Shown here one piece after another: positions 25,617-38,837 of a DNA stretch of 64,000 nt. The stretch's first letter is position 1; each line of letters opens with the position of its first letter. Where the stretch lies: the NCBI RefSeq assembly GCF_036321535.1, contig NC_087437.1, forward strand, positions 62,684,001 to 62,748,000, written 5' to 3'. A model generated the notes under the pieces. The model was given only the letters and a program-made list of their open reading frames with translations, was not told the DNA's origin and made no database searches. The translations under genes were made by a program, and so were the position numbers. Origin of the DNA: Camelus dromedarius. Its lineage: Eukaryota.

Positions 25617-25986
25617 CTGGAAGAAACCAAGTTGCCTCTTTTTTATATCTAAGTGATTCAAAAAAAATCAACAACATATTACAATTCCTCCAAGTTTTTA
25701 TTTCAGGACATGTTTCCAAAAATTCGCTCTGGATCTAATAGCTTAAACACTTCGGTTTCTTTGAGTGAATGATACGCTCCTGGAGAACCTGTAGGATCAC
25801 GTTAGAGGCTGGCACTCAGCCTGACCCTTCTCACAGATATTCGACCTCCAAGCCCAGAGGTCACTAGGCAGAAAGATCTTCAATGTTCTGGATCCTCACT
25901 CATGATGCCAGTGCCTCTGTCCTGGGGAAGTGGCTCCCCCAGTGTGGCTCCTCCATGTCCCCGCTCACCCCCACTGGGATCCTCAC

Positions 25987-26172
25987 CTTGATGCTCCTTT
26001 TGAACATGTAACCCGGGGTGAGGGATCCCTTCCTGAGCAGTTCACTGAAGATGACAATTTGCTCAAAGAGGAACACACGCCTCTCCTTGGTCCGGGACGG
26101 CATGCCCGCATCCAGCTCAATCACGTAGAAGGTGTCCTGCTGGAGCAGCTTGCCCTGAGCGGTCAAGGTGCC
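25987..26172 (-). CDS. KALRN: KALRN exon, 186 nt: GTLTAQGKLLQQDTF...ERRVFLFEQIVIFSE...GYMFKRSIK (PH2)
   Basis: Acceptor ccatcag|GGC, donor AAG|gtgagg; ORF 25900..26208. Confidence 0.97.
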
Positions 26173-28352
26173 CTGATGGAAAGGAGGGCCAGGGTGAATT
26201 AAGTGCAAAATGGGGAGACCACTACAGCCCTCTGGGTTGCAAAACCTCCCCCTCTGGGGACATGGACAACAGACCTCACAGCGAAAGCCTCAAGTTCTAG
26301 TAAGAGATTGAATCAGGACCCACCCAGTCATCTAGGGCAGACTGTGGCCACCTTCCTGTTCACACAGGGCCCTGGAGGGAAGGGAAAGAAGGCGATGGAA
26401 CCACTAAGAAGAAACTCCAGGAAGACGCCAGAAGGAAGGTAAAATTCTTAGCCGAAAAGACGCTCAGGAATTATCCTGGCCCTTCTTGTTTTTTATTAAA
26501 AGGAGCCCTGGGGCTGAAGTGGCCTCTCCGTCCTCGGAGCTCTGAGAAGTGTGGCTGTCTGGCCCTTGCAGCACGGGCTGGACCCGGGAGGGTCCCACAG
26601 CCATGAACCTAGACCAACCTGTGGCCAAGGGAGGTGATGGAGGCAGGACCACGAAAAATCAGATGAGTTGGGCCCCGCTTTTCTATTATTTCAGGATAGG
26701 GAAATTCTGCAGTCTTAGTTTCCTGCTGCAGAGCAATGGGTCCAATTGAGGTACCACAGACAGGTGCCCATATTTTATAAGCTGATGGATATTTTTCTGG
26801 GTCCTGTAATCCTCCTTAAAATGCCTCCAGTTACCAGACCACTGGACACCCAGCCTAGGAGGTGGAGCCTATTTGGTTTGCCAGTTCTAAACAGATTCTC
26901 AGAGACACCTTCACATCTTCAGAGGGAATATAGCCTAACCCAGCAAGTCTTCACAGATGCTACTGGAGAGCCTTGCTTTTCCTACTGTCCACAACAAGAA
27001 GATGCTTATGTCTGAGACAGTGGCCAGAGGGCCTCCTCTGAGCTGTACTCTCAGGTGATAACTCTTGCCCTTTAGTGCAAATGTGGACTGTTCTCTGCAC
27101 CTTACTGCAAACATCACCCAACACATAAGTCAGTTTCCTTTTTTGTTCCTGAGAAACACCTGCCCTCTGGGTCAAGGTCAGCAGCCAAACAGGCTTATCT
27201 CTACCTTGGTTAATATTAAGCCAGTGACCAGCTCTAAAAGCTCTACTAATTTTACGTAAGAGCCTGACCCATGAGTTAAAGCCCTGCCAATGCTAAAGGG
27301 AAAGCTAGAGGATTTAAAAGGAGAGAATGTGAGTGAAGGGGCTAACTTCTCCCAGGCTCAAAACCATGGACCTCAGAAGGAATTGAAGTATGTTCACGGT
27401 TTTTCCCAATGAGCTGAAGGAATACAAAGCAGATTCTCTGGGGTTTGATGAAAAAAGGAGATGGTGGGGCTTGATTTAAAAGATAAAATCATTCCACACT
27501 CCTGTGGTGGCCTTCCATGGATGCACGCACACAGCTCCTGTGAAGTCTGACTTGGGTCAGACAGCACATCAGACGCTGTTCCTCCTGTCAGCGGTCAGCT
27601 CCTCCAGAGACCAAGAGAAAGGCAAGTGAGACTCCAACTCAGAGAAACATTGGACATCAAGGACTAAGAGCAAAAGGAATTACTTGGCCTGTGCAGAATA
27701 GCCTCAGATCTAGTGTAATTCCAAGAGAACAAGGGTAAAAACTTCATCTAGTGTGACTAAAGAGACACCAAGTGAGAACTCGGGATGTATTTCTGCAGTG
27801 TGACCCTGCTCTTAAATGCTGCAGTCTACTGTGGAGAACAGGAACCTGTGAAAGAATGAATAGCGAAAAAGACCCTCCATATAGTTCCTGGTCACAAGAG
27901 AGCAAGGGAAGTCTGACAGGGACACCAGAAAGGGCTGGAAGGGCAAAAAGGACCAAAGAATTTGGCTCAAGATCATGAAACCAACCCATTAACCCAATCC
28001 TGAATATAGCTTTCCCTCAAATTACTTAAGCACTAGTCTGCCTTAAGTCTAGTCTATTCTCTCTATTCTAGCTTAGCCCCCCACCTCCACCCCACCAAAT
28101 CCCTCTTCTCCAGAAAGGAATGACATCTTAGGTTGCAGGATTACTGGGAAACAGGATCAGAAGAGCCACATCTTTCTCTAAGGGGTTCGACAACAATTAA
28201 GCACCAACCAATAACTGTGTCAGTTCCTATTATATCATATTAATATTTGAAATAGATTATGATTAGTTAATAAATGGAGTTTGGATATAAACTAATAATA
28301 GGCACTTATTAAGTTTAAATTAGGAAAGTCAACGTGCCCTTCAAAGGTTCAC

Positions 28353-28777
28353 TGTTATGAGTTGAAGTGTATCCCTTCTCCAATTCATATGTTGAAGTTT
28401 TAACCCCTAGTACCTCAGAATGTGACCTTATTGAAAGGTAGAGTCTTTACAAAGGGAATCAAGTTCCAGTGAGGTCACTATGGTGTGCCCTTATCAAATA
28501 TGACCGGTGTCCTTAGAAAAGAGGGAAACTTGGACACAGAGATGTGTACAGAGGGAAGACGATGTGAAGATGCAGGAAGAACACCAGGCGAACATGAAGA
28601 CAAGCTGAGGAGAGAGGCCTGAATCCACCCTTTCCTCACAGCACTCAGAAAGAACCACCCTTGCCCACACCTTGATTTTGGACTTCGAGCTTCTGGAAAC
28701 GTGAGATGATAAATTTCTGTTGTTCAAGCCACCCAGTCTGTGGTACATGGTTATGGCGGCCCAAGCACACTAGCATA
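28353..28777 (+). mobile_element. MaLR solo LTR (MLT1B/C-like) with 5-bp TSD TTCAC
   Basis: Starts tgttatgagttgaa; internal cacaccttgattttggacttc and ataaatttctgttgttcaagccacccagtctgtggta. TTCAC at 28348-28352 and 28778-28782. Confidence 0.88.
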
Positions 28778-29316
28778 TTCACTGAATCCGAAATCCTGGG
28801 TACACCTAGCTGTCTCCCGCAAAACTTGGTTCTCCTCTTCAGAGAAGAGAAATGTGCACTGTGATGTTTTAGAGCTTTAAATATTCGTTTAACTAAATAG
28901 CCAGCCACTATACAGATCTGCTTACTAGAACCACCCTCTCAGAAAAAAGGGGGGTGGTTTTCCAATTTCCCTCTGGTTCTGCTTCCATCAGTGTCCTGCT
29001 CTCCCTCACATTCCCAGCATTTTTCAAGCAAGAAAGAAAAGGGAAGAGGTCATCGGCAGGTTCACGGTTAGAAAGAATTCAGAGTCTTTCCAGTCCCACT
29101 GGAATTCTGACTCCAGCTTGGTTGACTTCCCATGACTGCCCTATCACTGGACATCCTAAATAGGATGTGAACCAGAGGGGCTCGGGCACAAAGGCGTAGG
29201 TGGTGAGTGAAGGAGGCCGGGAGGGCGGGCATGGGGCTTCAAAGGGAAGCTGCCCCACCACCTGGGCTCCTGTGGCCCCGAAGACAGAGGGCTAAGAAGC
29301 CTTCTTAAGGGCTCAC

Positions 29317-29394
29317 CTCGAAGCCCTGCAGGCGTCCCAGGTTCATCATATCATTGCAGCGTTTTGGAACAAGGCACATTAACTCCACTGCTTT
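29317..29394 (-). CDS. KALRN: KALRN exon, 78 nt: KAVELMCLVPKRCNDMMNLGRLQGFE (DH2 end)
   Basis: Acceptor ccacag|AAA, donor GAG|gtgagc; ORF 29305..29688. Confidence 0.97.
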
Positions 29395-30261
29395 CTGTGG
29401 GAAAGAACAACAGCGGTCAGGACAGGGAGCAGCCCTCGGGCAGGGGCTCAGGGCAGCTCCATGCCAGTAGACAGGGGCCTCCCAGTGGCTCGTCGATCCT
29501 AGGAAAGGACACTGGTCCCTGCTGCCCACTTCAGAGGAGGGAGGGGTTTTCTGTTCTAGGTTGGGGAGACGTTGGTTATCTACAGGGGCTCCTCGTGAAT
29601 CAGTGACCACATGTGGGGAGGATGCTATCCAGACCATCTTTTCCCTACCTTTCCACTCTTGATTATCAATTTCCTTTCCTTCTTGCATTTTCTTTCTTTG
29701 TTGCTTCCTGGCTGCCCAGGCAACAGCTTAGCCTCACTTGTGAAACATAACAGGTTTTAACCTAAGATAACCCGCCAGAATGGTCTGGGACCTCTCTGGC
29801 TTAAAATAATCCCCCTGGTGACATTGTCTTAAAGGACTTCACTTAGGGAGTAATCCTCAGGGGCAGAGGAGGGAGTGAAAATGGAATAATTTATATGTTC
29901 GACCCAAATTGTACCTGGATTCATGGATAAAACTGCACAGTGAAGCACCCAATCCTTAAGGATATTAGAGGGCTCAAATACCACCCTTTCCCACCACAAG
30001 TCACTGAGAGCCATGGAGAACACCGGCAGGGCTTGCTCTGGTCTGGCTCAGGATCGAATCCTCGAGTTCTAGAAAAACACTCAATGTGTTCTTTATTACT
30101 CACCAGTCCTCATCCTGCTAAGCAGCTATTTGCAAGGGGCTCTTGCTGTCTGAGAGAAGTCAGCCTGGACCCTCGGTCACCCTGACAGTATCTTTCCCTT
30201 TTAGAGGCAGACATCCAATAATGTCTCTAAGAACCGCCGGCATTCCAAGCAGAAAACTCAC

Positions 30262-30312
30262 CTCGATATCTGAACACTCCAGACCAGCCTTCTCGCTGTA
30301 TCTCAGGAAGTC
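30262..30312 (-). CDS. KALRN: KALRN exon, 51 nt: DFLRYSEKAGLECSDIE (DH2)
   Basis: Acceptor cactag|GAC, donor GAG|gtgagt. Confidence 0.96.
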
Positions 30313-31092
30313 CTAGTGAGTGGGGGAAGCAGGCAAGGGTGAGGGGAGGGAGAAATCAGTTAGGAAAAGAGAGCACTATTAAAAACCTAACGTCATGAAA
30401 ACCAAGACAACACCCAGAAGACTTTCCTTCCTAACAGAGATGGCAATGCTTTGTAGTGGCTGAGATACGACGTTATGGGTCACAGCGAACATCGTAACAC
30501 AGAGAAAACCCCCCAGAACAGTCAAAGATTCAAAGCTATGGGAAGGGGGGGAGGGGCGAAGGGGAGAGAAAGTGTGTGAATAGGGTCGAAAGGGGGACGA
30601 TGACAAGAAGGAATGGGAGAAAGGACAGTTAAATCCCTCGCCCACTTGCCTCAGATTTCTCGAAGACAAGTCAAATTAAACGATTTTAGGAAGTAAAATA
30701 CGATCACATTGTAGGTATTACTCATCTACGGTTTCTAGGGCCTTCCCTTTCCTTTCCCTTCTCCTCGTAGTCCACTCTGATTTTATGCTCTTATTATTTT
30801 TACTTTTTATTTTTTAAAGGTGCCAAGTCAGTGATGGCAACAAAATAAGAATGTGAATTGGAAAAAAGAAAATCAGGTGACAACCAACCTTCAAGGCAAG
30901 AATAAGAGCCATGCAATTTATTTGGGGGCAAAGCTGACACAAAATAACCAGCAGGTAAGGCAAAAACCTACACACGCCCCCAACTAGTTCACAGGAAAAG
31001 TGTGGAGACAGATCCCCACGCTGACCTGCTCCCTAACTCAGGCCTGACGAAGCCCCTTCTCTGGCCCTGAGCCAGGCTCACAGCCCTCTTAC

Positions 31093-31185
31093 CTTGAGGA
31101 GCAGCTGATATTTTGTTATTCTCTGAATGGGCTTGATAAGGAAGTCGCTAAGTGTCAGCCTCTGATTTATCTCCTGTTTCACCTC
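31093..31185 (-). CDS. KALRN: KALRN exon, 93 nt: [31 protein letters not shown] (DH2)
   Basis: Acceptor gttccag|GAG, donor AAG|gtaaga; DH motif [15 protein letters not shown]. Confidence 0.97.
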
Positions 31186-32010
31186 CTGGAACACAAGGGA
31201 GCTACGTGAGGAAAAAAGGGACCAAAGAAGTGGGATGCTCTGGATCAGGGTTCAAAGGCAAGGAAGGCAGGTCTCTGTGATTGCCAGTAAAGTTTTAGAA
31301 TCTTGTGTGGAATGGCCTACCCAACTGCTCATTTGTTATTACCAACACAGAGCACCCCTCACCATCTCCTCCTTACATGTCGAGATGTCACACCCTGTGT
31401 CCTCACCCCAGTCCCAGGGACAAGCTGGAATGGGTTTTCTGTTCTCCATCCCACTCCAGGGCCAAGTCAGGAAAGAAGGGCTTCCCTCCCCTAAGACACA
31501 AACAATCCCACGGGCTGGGCCCTCAACTCAGATCTGCAAATGCTCAGTCGAGGGCTCTCTCCAAGTAACGATGTTGCCTCTCCTCCAGCAAAGGAAATAC
31601 TCTGAGGTGCTTGCCAGACCTCTGGGACCGGGAGCAGAGGCTACGAGGTGAGGGTCCTTAGCAAGTCTCCAGGGACCGGTGAGGAAGAGTGTGGGCACAG
31701 CCAGCTCCTGGGACCCGGAAGGAGGCCCGCAGCTTCTGAAGCAGCCCCCGTGTTACAGAGGCCTCATGCACGAGCAGGCGCGACAAGCAGTCCCCGCGCC
31801 GGCCAGCTCCGCTCCTCTCCACCAAGGTGCTCATGAGAACTTGGTAAGAAGCTAATGGCTCTGTTGAGGCCACCGTCCCTGTCCAGAAGGGGTGGACAGT
31901 GCTGAGCGGGGGCATCTGTGGATGGATGACAGGCTGGAGTTTCTGAATGTGGCGATCTTGGCCGGAGTTTCCCAACCCCGCCCTGGTTCAGCCAAGCCTG
32001 AGCAGCTTAC

Positions 32011-32097
32011 TTCGAAGTAAGAGTCGTACTCGGCAACGATGTACTCGGAGCGCGGCTTATTCTGGCAGTACCACACATAGATGTGAAGCTTCCGCTC
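32011..32097 (-). CDS. KALRN: KALRN exon, 87 nt: [29 protein letters not shown] (DH2)
   Basis: Acceptor ttgcag|GAG, donor GAA|gtaagc; ORF 31852..32103. Confidence 0.97.
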
Positions 32098-32425
32098 CTG
32101 CAAAGGCAGAGGGACAGGCGCTCAGGCATCTCCTGCCCAGCACTCAGTCAGAATGCTGTGCTGGTCTACACACTGAGGCAAGCACAAAGATATGGCCCAC
32201 GCTGCAGGGACGCACCCAGGTGGTTAAATATCAAGGATGGAAGAGTAAAAACAGTGGGCAAGAGCCTGTCTCCCAGACTGCCAGGAAAGTAAAAAAGAAC
32301 CCCCTCCCCCACCTAGTAACTCAGAGAGGGAGGAGAAGGAAGAGCAGAGGGGAGAAGGAACTGTAAAATGCATGTAAATGAGCCCGGGGGGAAGGGGACG
32401 GGAGGGGCTGCAAGGAAACACTCAC

Positions 32426-32495
32426 ATATTTAATAAAGAGCTGTGCCAATCTGTCTTGCTCCTGGATACATTTTTCCAGTTCAGCCAGGAAAACA
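32426..32495 (-). CDS. KALRN: KALRN exon, 70 nt: (D)VFLAELEKCIQEQDRLAQLFIKY (DH2)
   Basis: Acceptor cctcttttag|T, donor TAT|gtgagt. Confidence 0.96.
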
Positions 32496-32677
32496 CTAAA
32501 AGAGGATGGAGGTAAGAGAAGGAAACCGCATCCTTCAGAATCCTATTATTTCTCAATGAAGAGGTAAATGATGGAAGTCTCTCCCCAAATCCCACCCCTA
32601 AGGTCAGAAGCCTGAGGAGGGCGGTGGAGTCCTGGATCCCCAGGACAGCCTGGTCCTCAGGGCAACACAGCACTTAC

Positions 32678-32781
32678 TCCTTATGCCAGTCGTAAATCTG
32701 GTGAATATTTCCAAACACGATTTTATCCTTTCCTCGCATGTCCTCAGGGACACCCTTCTCTTCTATTCTCTTCATGAAGCC
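32678..32781 (-). CDS. KALRN: KALRN exon, 104 nt: [34 protein letters not shown](D) (DH2)
   Basis: Acceptor ctgcag|GGC, donor GA|gtaagt; ORF 32674..32868. Confidence 0.97.
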
Positions 32782-33861
32782 CTGCAGGGCAGAGACAATG
32801 GTGAGTATAGCATTTTCAGGAGGAAAATGCCCTGCAGCCCCGTGGAAGCCCACCCTCTGTGTGAGCACGAGGGCCAGGGCTTCTGCAGTTTCTCACCACT
32901 CAACCAGGACTTCACCCTTGTGCAGAGTGACAGACAAAACTTTTACGAAGTTCTGGGTCCCTCTGTCTCCAGTCCCCTTCAGAAAGCAGGACAAAGAAGA
33001 AACAGTTGTCTGTTCCTCTCCAGTCTCCCAATCCTACTGAATTACGTCTTTAAAGGCTCAAAACTAGGTATGTCTGACTTAGAAATAAGTCTCAATATGT
33101 GACTACTTGAGATTCTGTAAAATGCTATCATACATAATTTCATTTCACCTTTAAAATCAAGTTGTGAGGTTGTACAGACAGCATTTACCCCCATCTGACA
33201 GATAAGAGAGCCAGTGCATGGGGAATTACATAATTGGTCTTATGTCACACCAGTGATGTCTGACTTCCCTGGATCTCGGTCTCCAGATTCCCAAGCCCTC
33301 CCTTCCTAGGTTGGACTGCATGTGGAGGCTGCTGCACCTCTAGCCGCCCCCATCCTACCTTGGAGAAGGGGATTCCATAAGTTAAAATTCAAGTCCTCTC
33401 TATGCCAGGTTAGCCTGTTTATCCAAGGCTCAGGATAGGCAAATACAAACCCCTAAATCAGCAGGTTTCATAAGATGGGGACTTGTCGACCAAATGTAAG
33501 GAACCAGCAGGTGATTTAGCTATCCGGCATTCACTTTTCAGACTTCATATCCTTTCATTTAAGGTGATTAACAGCAGAGCTAAGCCATCTAAATTATCCA
33601 TTTACTTTCTTAGACTTTCTCATCCAAGTGTCTAAGTCCCCCTAAAGTAAACCCCTATGGAGAGAGCTGTTTTATTTACTTCCAAGTGGACTCTTACCTG
33701 TGGACCTGCTAATCTTGCCTTATTGGTGGTTTCTTCTTTGTCTGTCCCCTTGCTATCAATAATGCTCTCCTTAAAATCTAAGGAAACATATAAGCCCCAA
33801 GGTTTTACTAAGAGTGATCTGCTTGACCTGCTTAGTGTCCATGGTGGCTCATAGCTGTGAA

Positions 33862-33935
33862 GAATATATATACATATATACATATATACTCTTACATATA
33901 TGGTTATATGTATATATATATGTGTGTATATATGT
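33862..33935. repeat. Imperfect (TA)n microsatellite
   Basis: Directly visible. Confidence 0.85.
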
Positions 33936-34249
33936 TAAATACCATTGAACAGTTTTGGAGACAATAACTTGGTCACCTAAAATAAGGTGAAATGGATTCA
34001 GGTCTAACCAAGAAGCTGAAACATTTTGGGCCCTACCTGTCTCTAAATCTCTTCTAATAGTTTAAGGGGAAAAGAAAAAAAACTTACCTACATATTTTAT
34101 TTGATCTATTACCATTTTTAGTTTCATTTCTGCAAATACCCAGGGAGAGTGAAATACATCCCATCACGTTAAAACCCCTCAGGGCCCAGGTATGGCCCAA
34201 TATGCCCCTGGTTGGGTGACCATGGACCCACCCTGAGCCATCCACTCAC

Positions 34250-34316
34250 CTCCACCACAATCCCCAGATCCTTGACGTAGTCTTTCTCTGTCTGTACCAA
34301 CTCATTCAGGACGAAC
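34250..34316 (-). CDS. KALRN: KALRN exon, 67 nt: (M)FVLNELVQTEKDYVKDLGIVVE (DH2 start)
   Basis: Acceptor ctgctcag|G, donor GAG|gtgagt; canonical DH motif ELxxTExxYVxDL. Confidence 0.97.
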
Positions 34317-36179
34317 CTGAGCAGGAGATCAAGAACAATGAGGGTTCCTTTTCGTTGTGAAGTTAGGTCTTCACACTAAAGTTCACGGGGAAGTTAGTTT
34401 GGTGCCTCTCTGACAAGACCACCCAAACCCCACACCAGGCACCCCAGGGGAGGTGCTGGCCGGTGGTCCCTGCATGAGGGGCCCCCGGTGAGGAGCTGGG
34501 GGCACTGAGACCGAGAGGGCTTTCCCAGACAGCACCCAAGAGCCAGACGAAGAACGATGCTTACAGCCCAGCATTCATCTTTCTACTCTTTATGCTGCCT
34601 CCTCCCTCACCTATAACTGAACAGTTGCACAGACACAAGGCAGAAGGAATAACAGCCGCTTTGGCAAGACTGAGCTATGAAAGCTTCGAGGCCAAAGGGT
34701 CAGCAGGAGGCTTTTCCTCCTCCAAGTCAGCTCCATTCTTTGCTTAACAAGAAGAGAAAGACATTTATTTGACAAGCAACCTTTGGGTCTCAGAGACACT
34801 GACATCAAGTCAGGCATTTAAGATATAGAAGCTACAATTATTCAGATAGGTGTCCATGGTAACTGGCCTGCAAAATCCCCAGTCAAGGCCGGAAAGACTG
34901 ACCACAGACATTCCCTAATCAGCACTTTCAACACGGCCACCTCCCCACCCCACCAGTTGTGCGATTTAACCACTACAAGGACATTTACTTTCTTGTTAAT
35001 GATTTCCTCCTCTTTGTGCCAGTTACTCTGTCCGGGCTTCCTCAAGCTGCGGAGGAGGTGAGGATCATCAGCCCTGTCCGATGCAGACACTGAGGCAGTG
35101 CTGCCCAAGGTGACTACGTGAGAAGCAGGGCTGGGATCGGAACCCACTTGTACCAGAGTCCCAAGTCTCTGCTCTCACCGTCGCCCGCTGCCTGGTTGAG
35201 CCGCTCAGACTGGCTCTCTGGAGTATCAAACCCCGTAAAAAGCTGGACAGAAAACACATGTGACTGTGCACAGGGGCAGGGTAGCTGTAGCCGGCTTCCT
35301 AGAGTCTGACTTGTGCTACCTAAGTTTAAAAGAGTTTTGCCTGCAGCCACACAACTGCATTTTTGGCCCAAGTGGCAGAAGGGATCAAGTTCTGGGATGC
35401 CAAAGAGGGGCCCCAGAATAAGGGTGGTAGCCATTCTGAACCCAAGAAGCAATTCATCTGAAATTCTTGTTGCATACAGCACAGAGAAGCCACCAACTCC
35501 CTGCGTCTGGGGCCTCGGGCGATGGGGAGGAGGCAAGGGGAACACATGCCTCTTTATCAGCATGTCCAGCACTTCCAACCAGTTCCCTCTCTCTAACACA
35601 CACAATTATGTGTTTTAGGCCACAGGAAGGAACTGGCAAGGCCAAATAAAAGCATTTAAATATATCTTTAGCATGGTCCAATTACCGCTTGGGAGAAAGT
35701 GGTAAAAGAAAACCCACAGGAAAGTTAGAGTGGGAATTTGGGGCTAGAAGGGCCTTCTGGAGATGAATCCAGCTCTCTGCCTCCAGACGTTATTTTTATC
35801 CTAAGGTACCTGCTGACACTGAAGGCTGTCCTAGGCTTTCCAGCCTCCAGGGAAGGGGACTGGACTAGGTGCTGCCAGTGGACCAAGCATCTCCTCCCTT
35901 GAAAAGCGGATGAAATACTTGGGAAGATAATGACACATTAAAAGATACTCTGAAAAGGCACACAGAAGATTTAAACTACATGCATCTCAAGGCAGTGCAC
36001 AATTAACTGCCAAATCAACTGAGCTGATAATAAGGCATTTTTTTCATATTCATTTCTTATTAATAAAAATTATTGACAAAGTAAATATTATTCTTTGGTC
36101 CAACTACAGGTCAGACCTACTTCTGACCCCTATCCCCTCACAATGGTAGGGAATGGCTGGTCTTACACAGAAAATCTCT

Positions 36180-36540
36180 TAGAGCCTTTGTATTGGCTGT
36201 TCCCTGTGCTGAGAGTACTTTTCCTCCATGGCTAAAGGCCAGTTCCTAACCTCCTCTTGTTCTTTGTGCGAATGTCAGAACCATTTAAAACTACAACTAG
36301 CCTCATCCATACTCCTGACCTCCTTTACTATTTTTTTCTTTTTTCCAGCTTCTAACATACTACAACATGATCTATTTTATATTTTGTTTACTGGATGACC
36401 TCTCCCATTAGAATGTGAACTGGCCATGAGAACACGGACTTTTCTTTTGTTGGTATTGTTTGTTTCATTCACTGATGTATTCCAAGCTCTTGGTACATAA
36501 TAGGTATTCAACAAATATCTGTTAAATAAATGAGTGACTA
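36180..36540 (+). mobile_element. L2 3' end
   Basis: ctcccattagaatgtgaact...ttcactgatgtattccaagctcttggtacataataggtattcaacaaatatctgttaaataaatga. Confidence 0.75.
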
Positions 36541-37795
36541 AAATTTGAGGACAATTGAGTCCATTCTCAGCTTCTTTCTTCTCCTGGACAAATAACCCTG
36601 TTTTCATCTTTTCTCCATGGATCTCCCATTTAACCCTTTGACATCTTACTGGACTGAGTCTCTGTTCTCTAGCCTCCAGTCCCACATAGGATTTACAGTT
36701 AAACACTGGCACATTTTCTCTTTCATCATGGCCATAAAATACAGCAGGGGAGAATAAGGGCAGTATACAGTAAGAGGCATGAGTCATCCTAAGGGCTGGA
36801 TTTTCAGGACAGCTCGGGATGTGCAGAGATGTGAGGTTGGGGGAGAGAATGAGAAGAAGGAAGAGAGTCAAGTGGATAAAAGAGGCAACAAACTTCTGCC
36901 TGTTGGAGCAAAAGTGGACAGTATTACGTCTGGAAGTAAAACAATGGCTTCAATGACTATTCCTAGCCCCATTTACAAGATTAGTGATGGGCTTTGCCAA
37001 GGACCATCCTGTTGCCTCAGAGGTCACCCCCGTGACTATCAGCTTTCACCTTCCTGATCTAAGTTTTGCTTTGGCTTGACAAGACTGGAGCATCAGCTCC
37101 AACTCTTCCTCATCTGTGTAAAAACAACCTGAAAAGCTAAGGAGAACCAGCTTTGTACAAGTCCTGAGAAATTTCCCTTTGGGGAAGATATTTCCTTGCC
37201 TCTATTCTATTCTTGGGGTTCCCCTGAGCACTCATAAAGTTAAGGGGGTAAATATGGAATCGGAGAGCTTACATGCACTTGCTCATCTCCACTAAGAGAT
37301 GGCAGCCCTGCTCGGGGGCCAGGCCCTGGCTATGATGTTTCCTAGGAAACAGTCATAAATGGTAACTCATCTCTAGGCAACAGAAGGACCTGATCTCATT
37401 TATTTGTGCTAATCTTCATGTCTACGACCAGGCTAAAGGGAGAAGGGCAGGCTAATTAGCAACCGGGAGGAAAATTTTATGCCTGCCTATGCTGTTCTCA
37501 CTGCGTCTATAACCTCTCACACATCCAACTATGTTCAAGACTCATCAGCAGCTCTGCTTCCAACAGAGTCAAACCCTAAACAAGAAAACTGAAGTTTCAG
37601 AAGGATTGTGGTTATGCATGAATGGTATCTGCTATCTTCTTGGTCAAACCAATTGATAGACGATTGACTTCACATCAGGGTAGATGACTCAAACCTTGCA
37701 TAACATATGGGTTTTTGTGAAACGGACTGCAGCGTCAAAGGTATCCACCCCTAACCATTCAAAGAGTAAAGAGGTTTTCCTGGAACTCAGCCCAC

Positions 37796-38163
37796 AGTGA
37801 AATAAGTCGGACAGAGAAAGACAAAAACTGTATGATTATCACTTACATGTGGACTCTAAAAAAAATACAACAAACTACTGAATATAACAAAAAGAAAACA
37901 GACTCACAGATATAGAGAATAAACCAGTGGTTACCAGTGGGGAGTGGGAAGGGAGGAGGGGCAAGATAGGGGGAGGGGATTAAGAAGTACAAACTATTAT
38001 GTATAAAAGAAATAAGCTACAAGGACATATCGTACAACATGGGGGAATTATAGCTACTCTTTTATAATAGCTATAAATGGAGTATGACCTTTAAAAATTG
38101 TGAATCACTATGTTGTACACCTATAACTAATATTGTACATCAACTGTATCTCAATTTTAAAAA
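37796..38163 (+). mobile_element. L1 3'UTR fragment (older cetartiodactyl or L1MA-like)
   Basis: agtgaaataagtcggacagagaaagacaaa...cagactcacagatatagagaa...tgtacatcaactgtatctcaatt. Confidence 0.85.
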
Positions 38164-38706
38164 CTTGGGCTGCAAAAAAAAAGGGTCACCACATAAAAAG
38201 GTTTTTTTTTTTTCCCCAATAAATAAAACCTCTGGAGAAGGGCTGGAGGTAGAACCCGGCCTGGTAGCACAACAGCTCCATACATTACTTTCCTGTATGT
38301 GGGGAAACGCATCCTGATGGATGAAACTCCATCCAACCTTCTACCACGGATTCTTCGATATGGGGCCACAGTAATGGTCCCAGAGTCCCTTGAGCCTTGT
38401 TGTTTTCTTTTTATCAGTAGGTTTGACATTTCTAACAGACCTTGGTTACAACCACACTTTGTGAGTAATAGCCCCTACTTCACAGAAAATATTTCAGATG
38501 AAATTTCTTAAAGTCAGTGCCACAGGAGCTCCTTGTTGATCAACGCCACACTGTACAGGCCTAGGTCACCTTTACTTAGAATGAATGGTATCAATGGAAA
38601 CACAGTGTGGGGAATCTCTCATTCTCCCCAGACTTGCCAGGACCCTTGCCCCTTGTCCACCGCTCGCACGACGCGCACCAGGCTGGAGTCTGGGGAAGCC
38701 ACTCAC

Positions 38707-38837
38707 ATCCTGCCTCTCAGGGCCTTGGCTTTCTGTTCTTCTTCCAGGTTTCTAGGAGGTGTGGGCGGGGTCGTACCCTCGTTCAGGCAGCCTGTGGGGT
38801 CTTTCAAACTTCCCCGGTATGAGCCTCCTTCTAGACT
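38707..38837 (-). CDS. KALRN: KALRN exon, 131 nt: SLEGGSYRGSLKDPTGCLNEGTTPPTPPRNLEEEQKAKALRGR(M)
   Basis: Acceptor ctcttttcag|AGT, donor AT|gtgagt. Confidence 0.96.

Noticed and set aside
34088..34129. Possible 42-nt cryptic exon with a strong donor TAG|gtaagt
   Set aside because: Poor pyrimidine tract and no other support; likely a chance donor.
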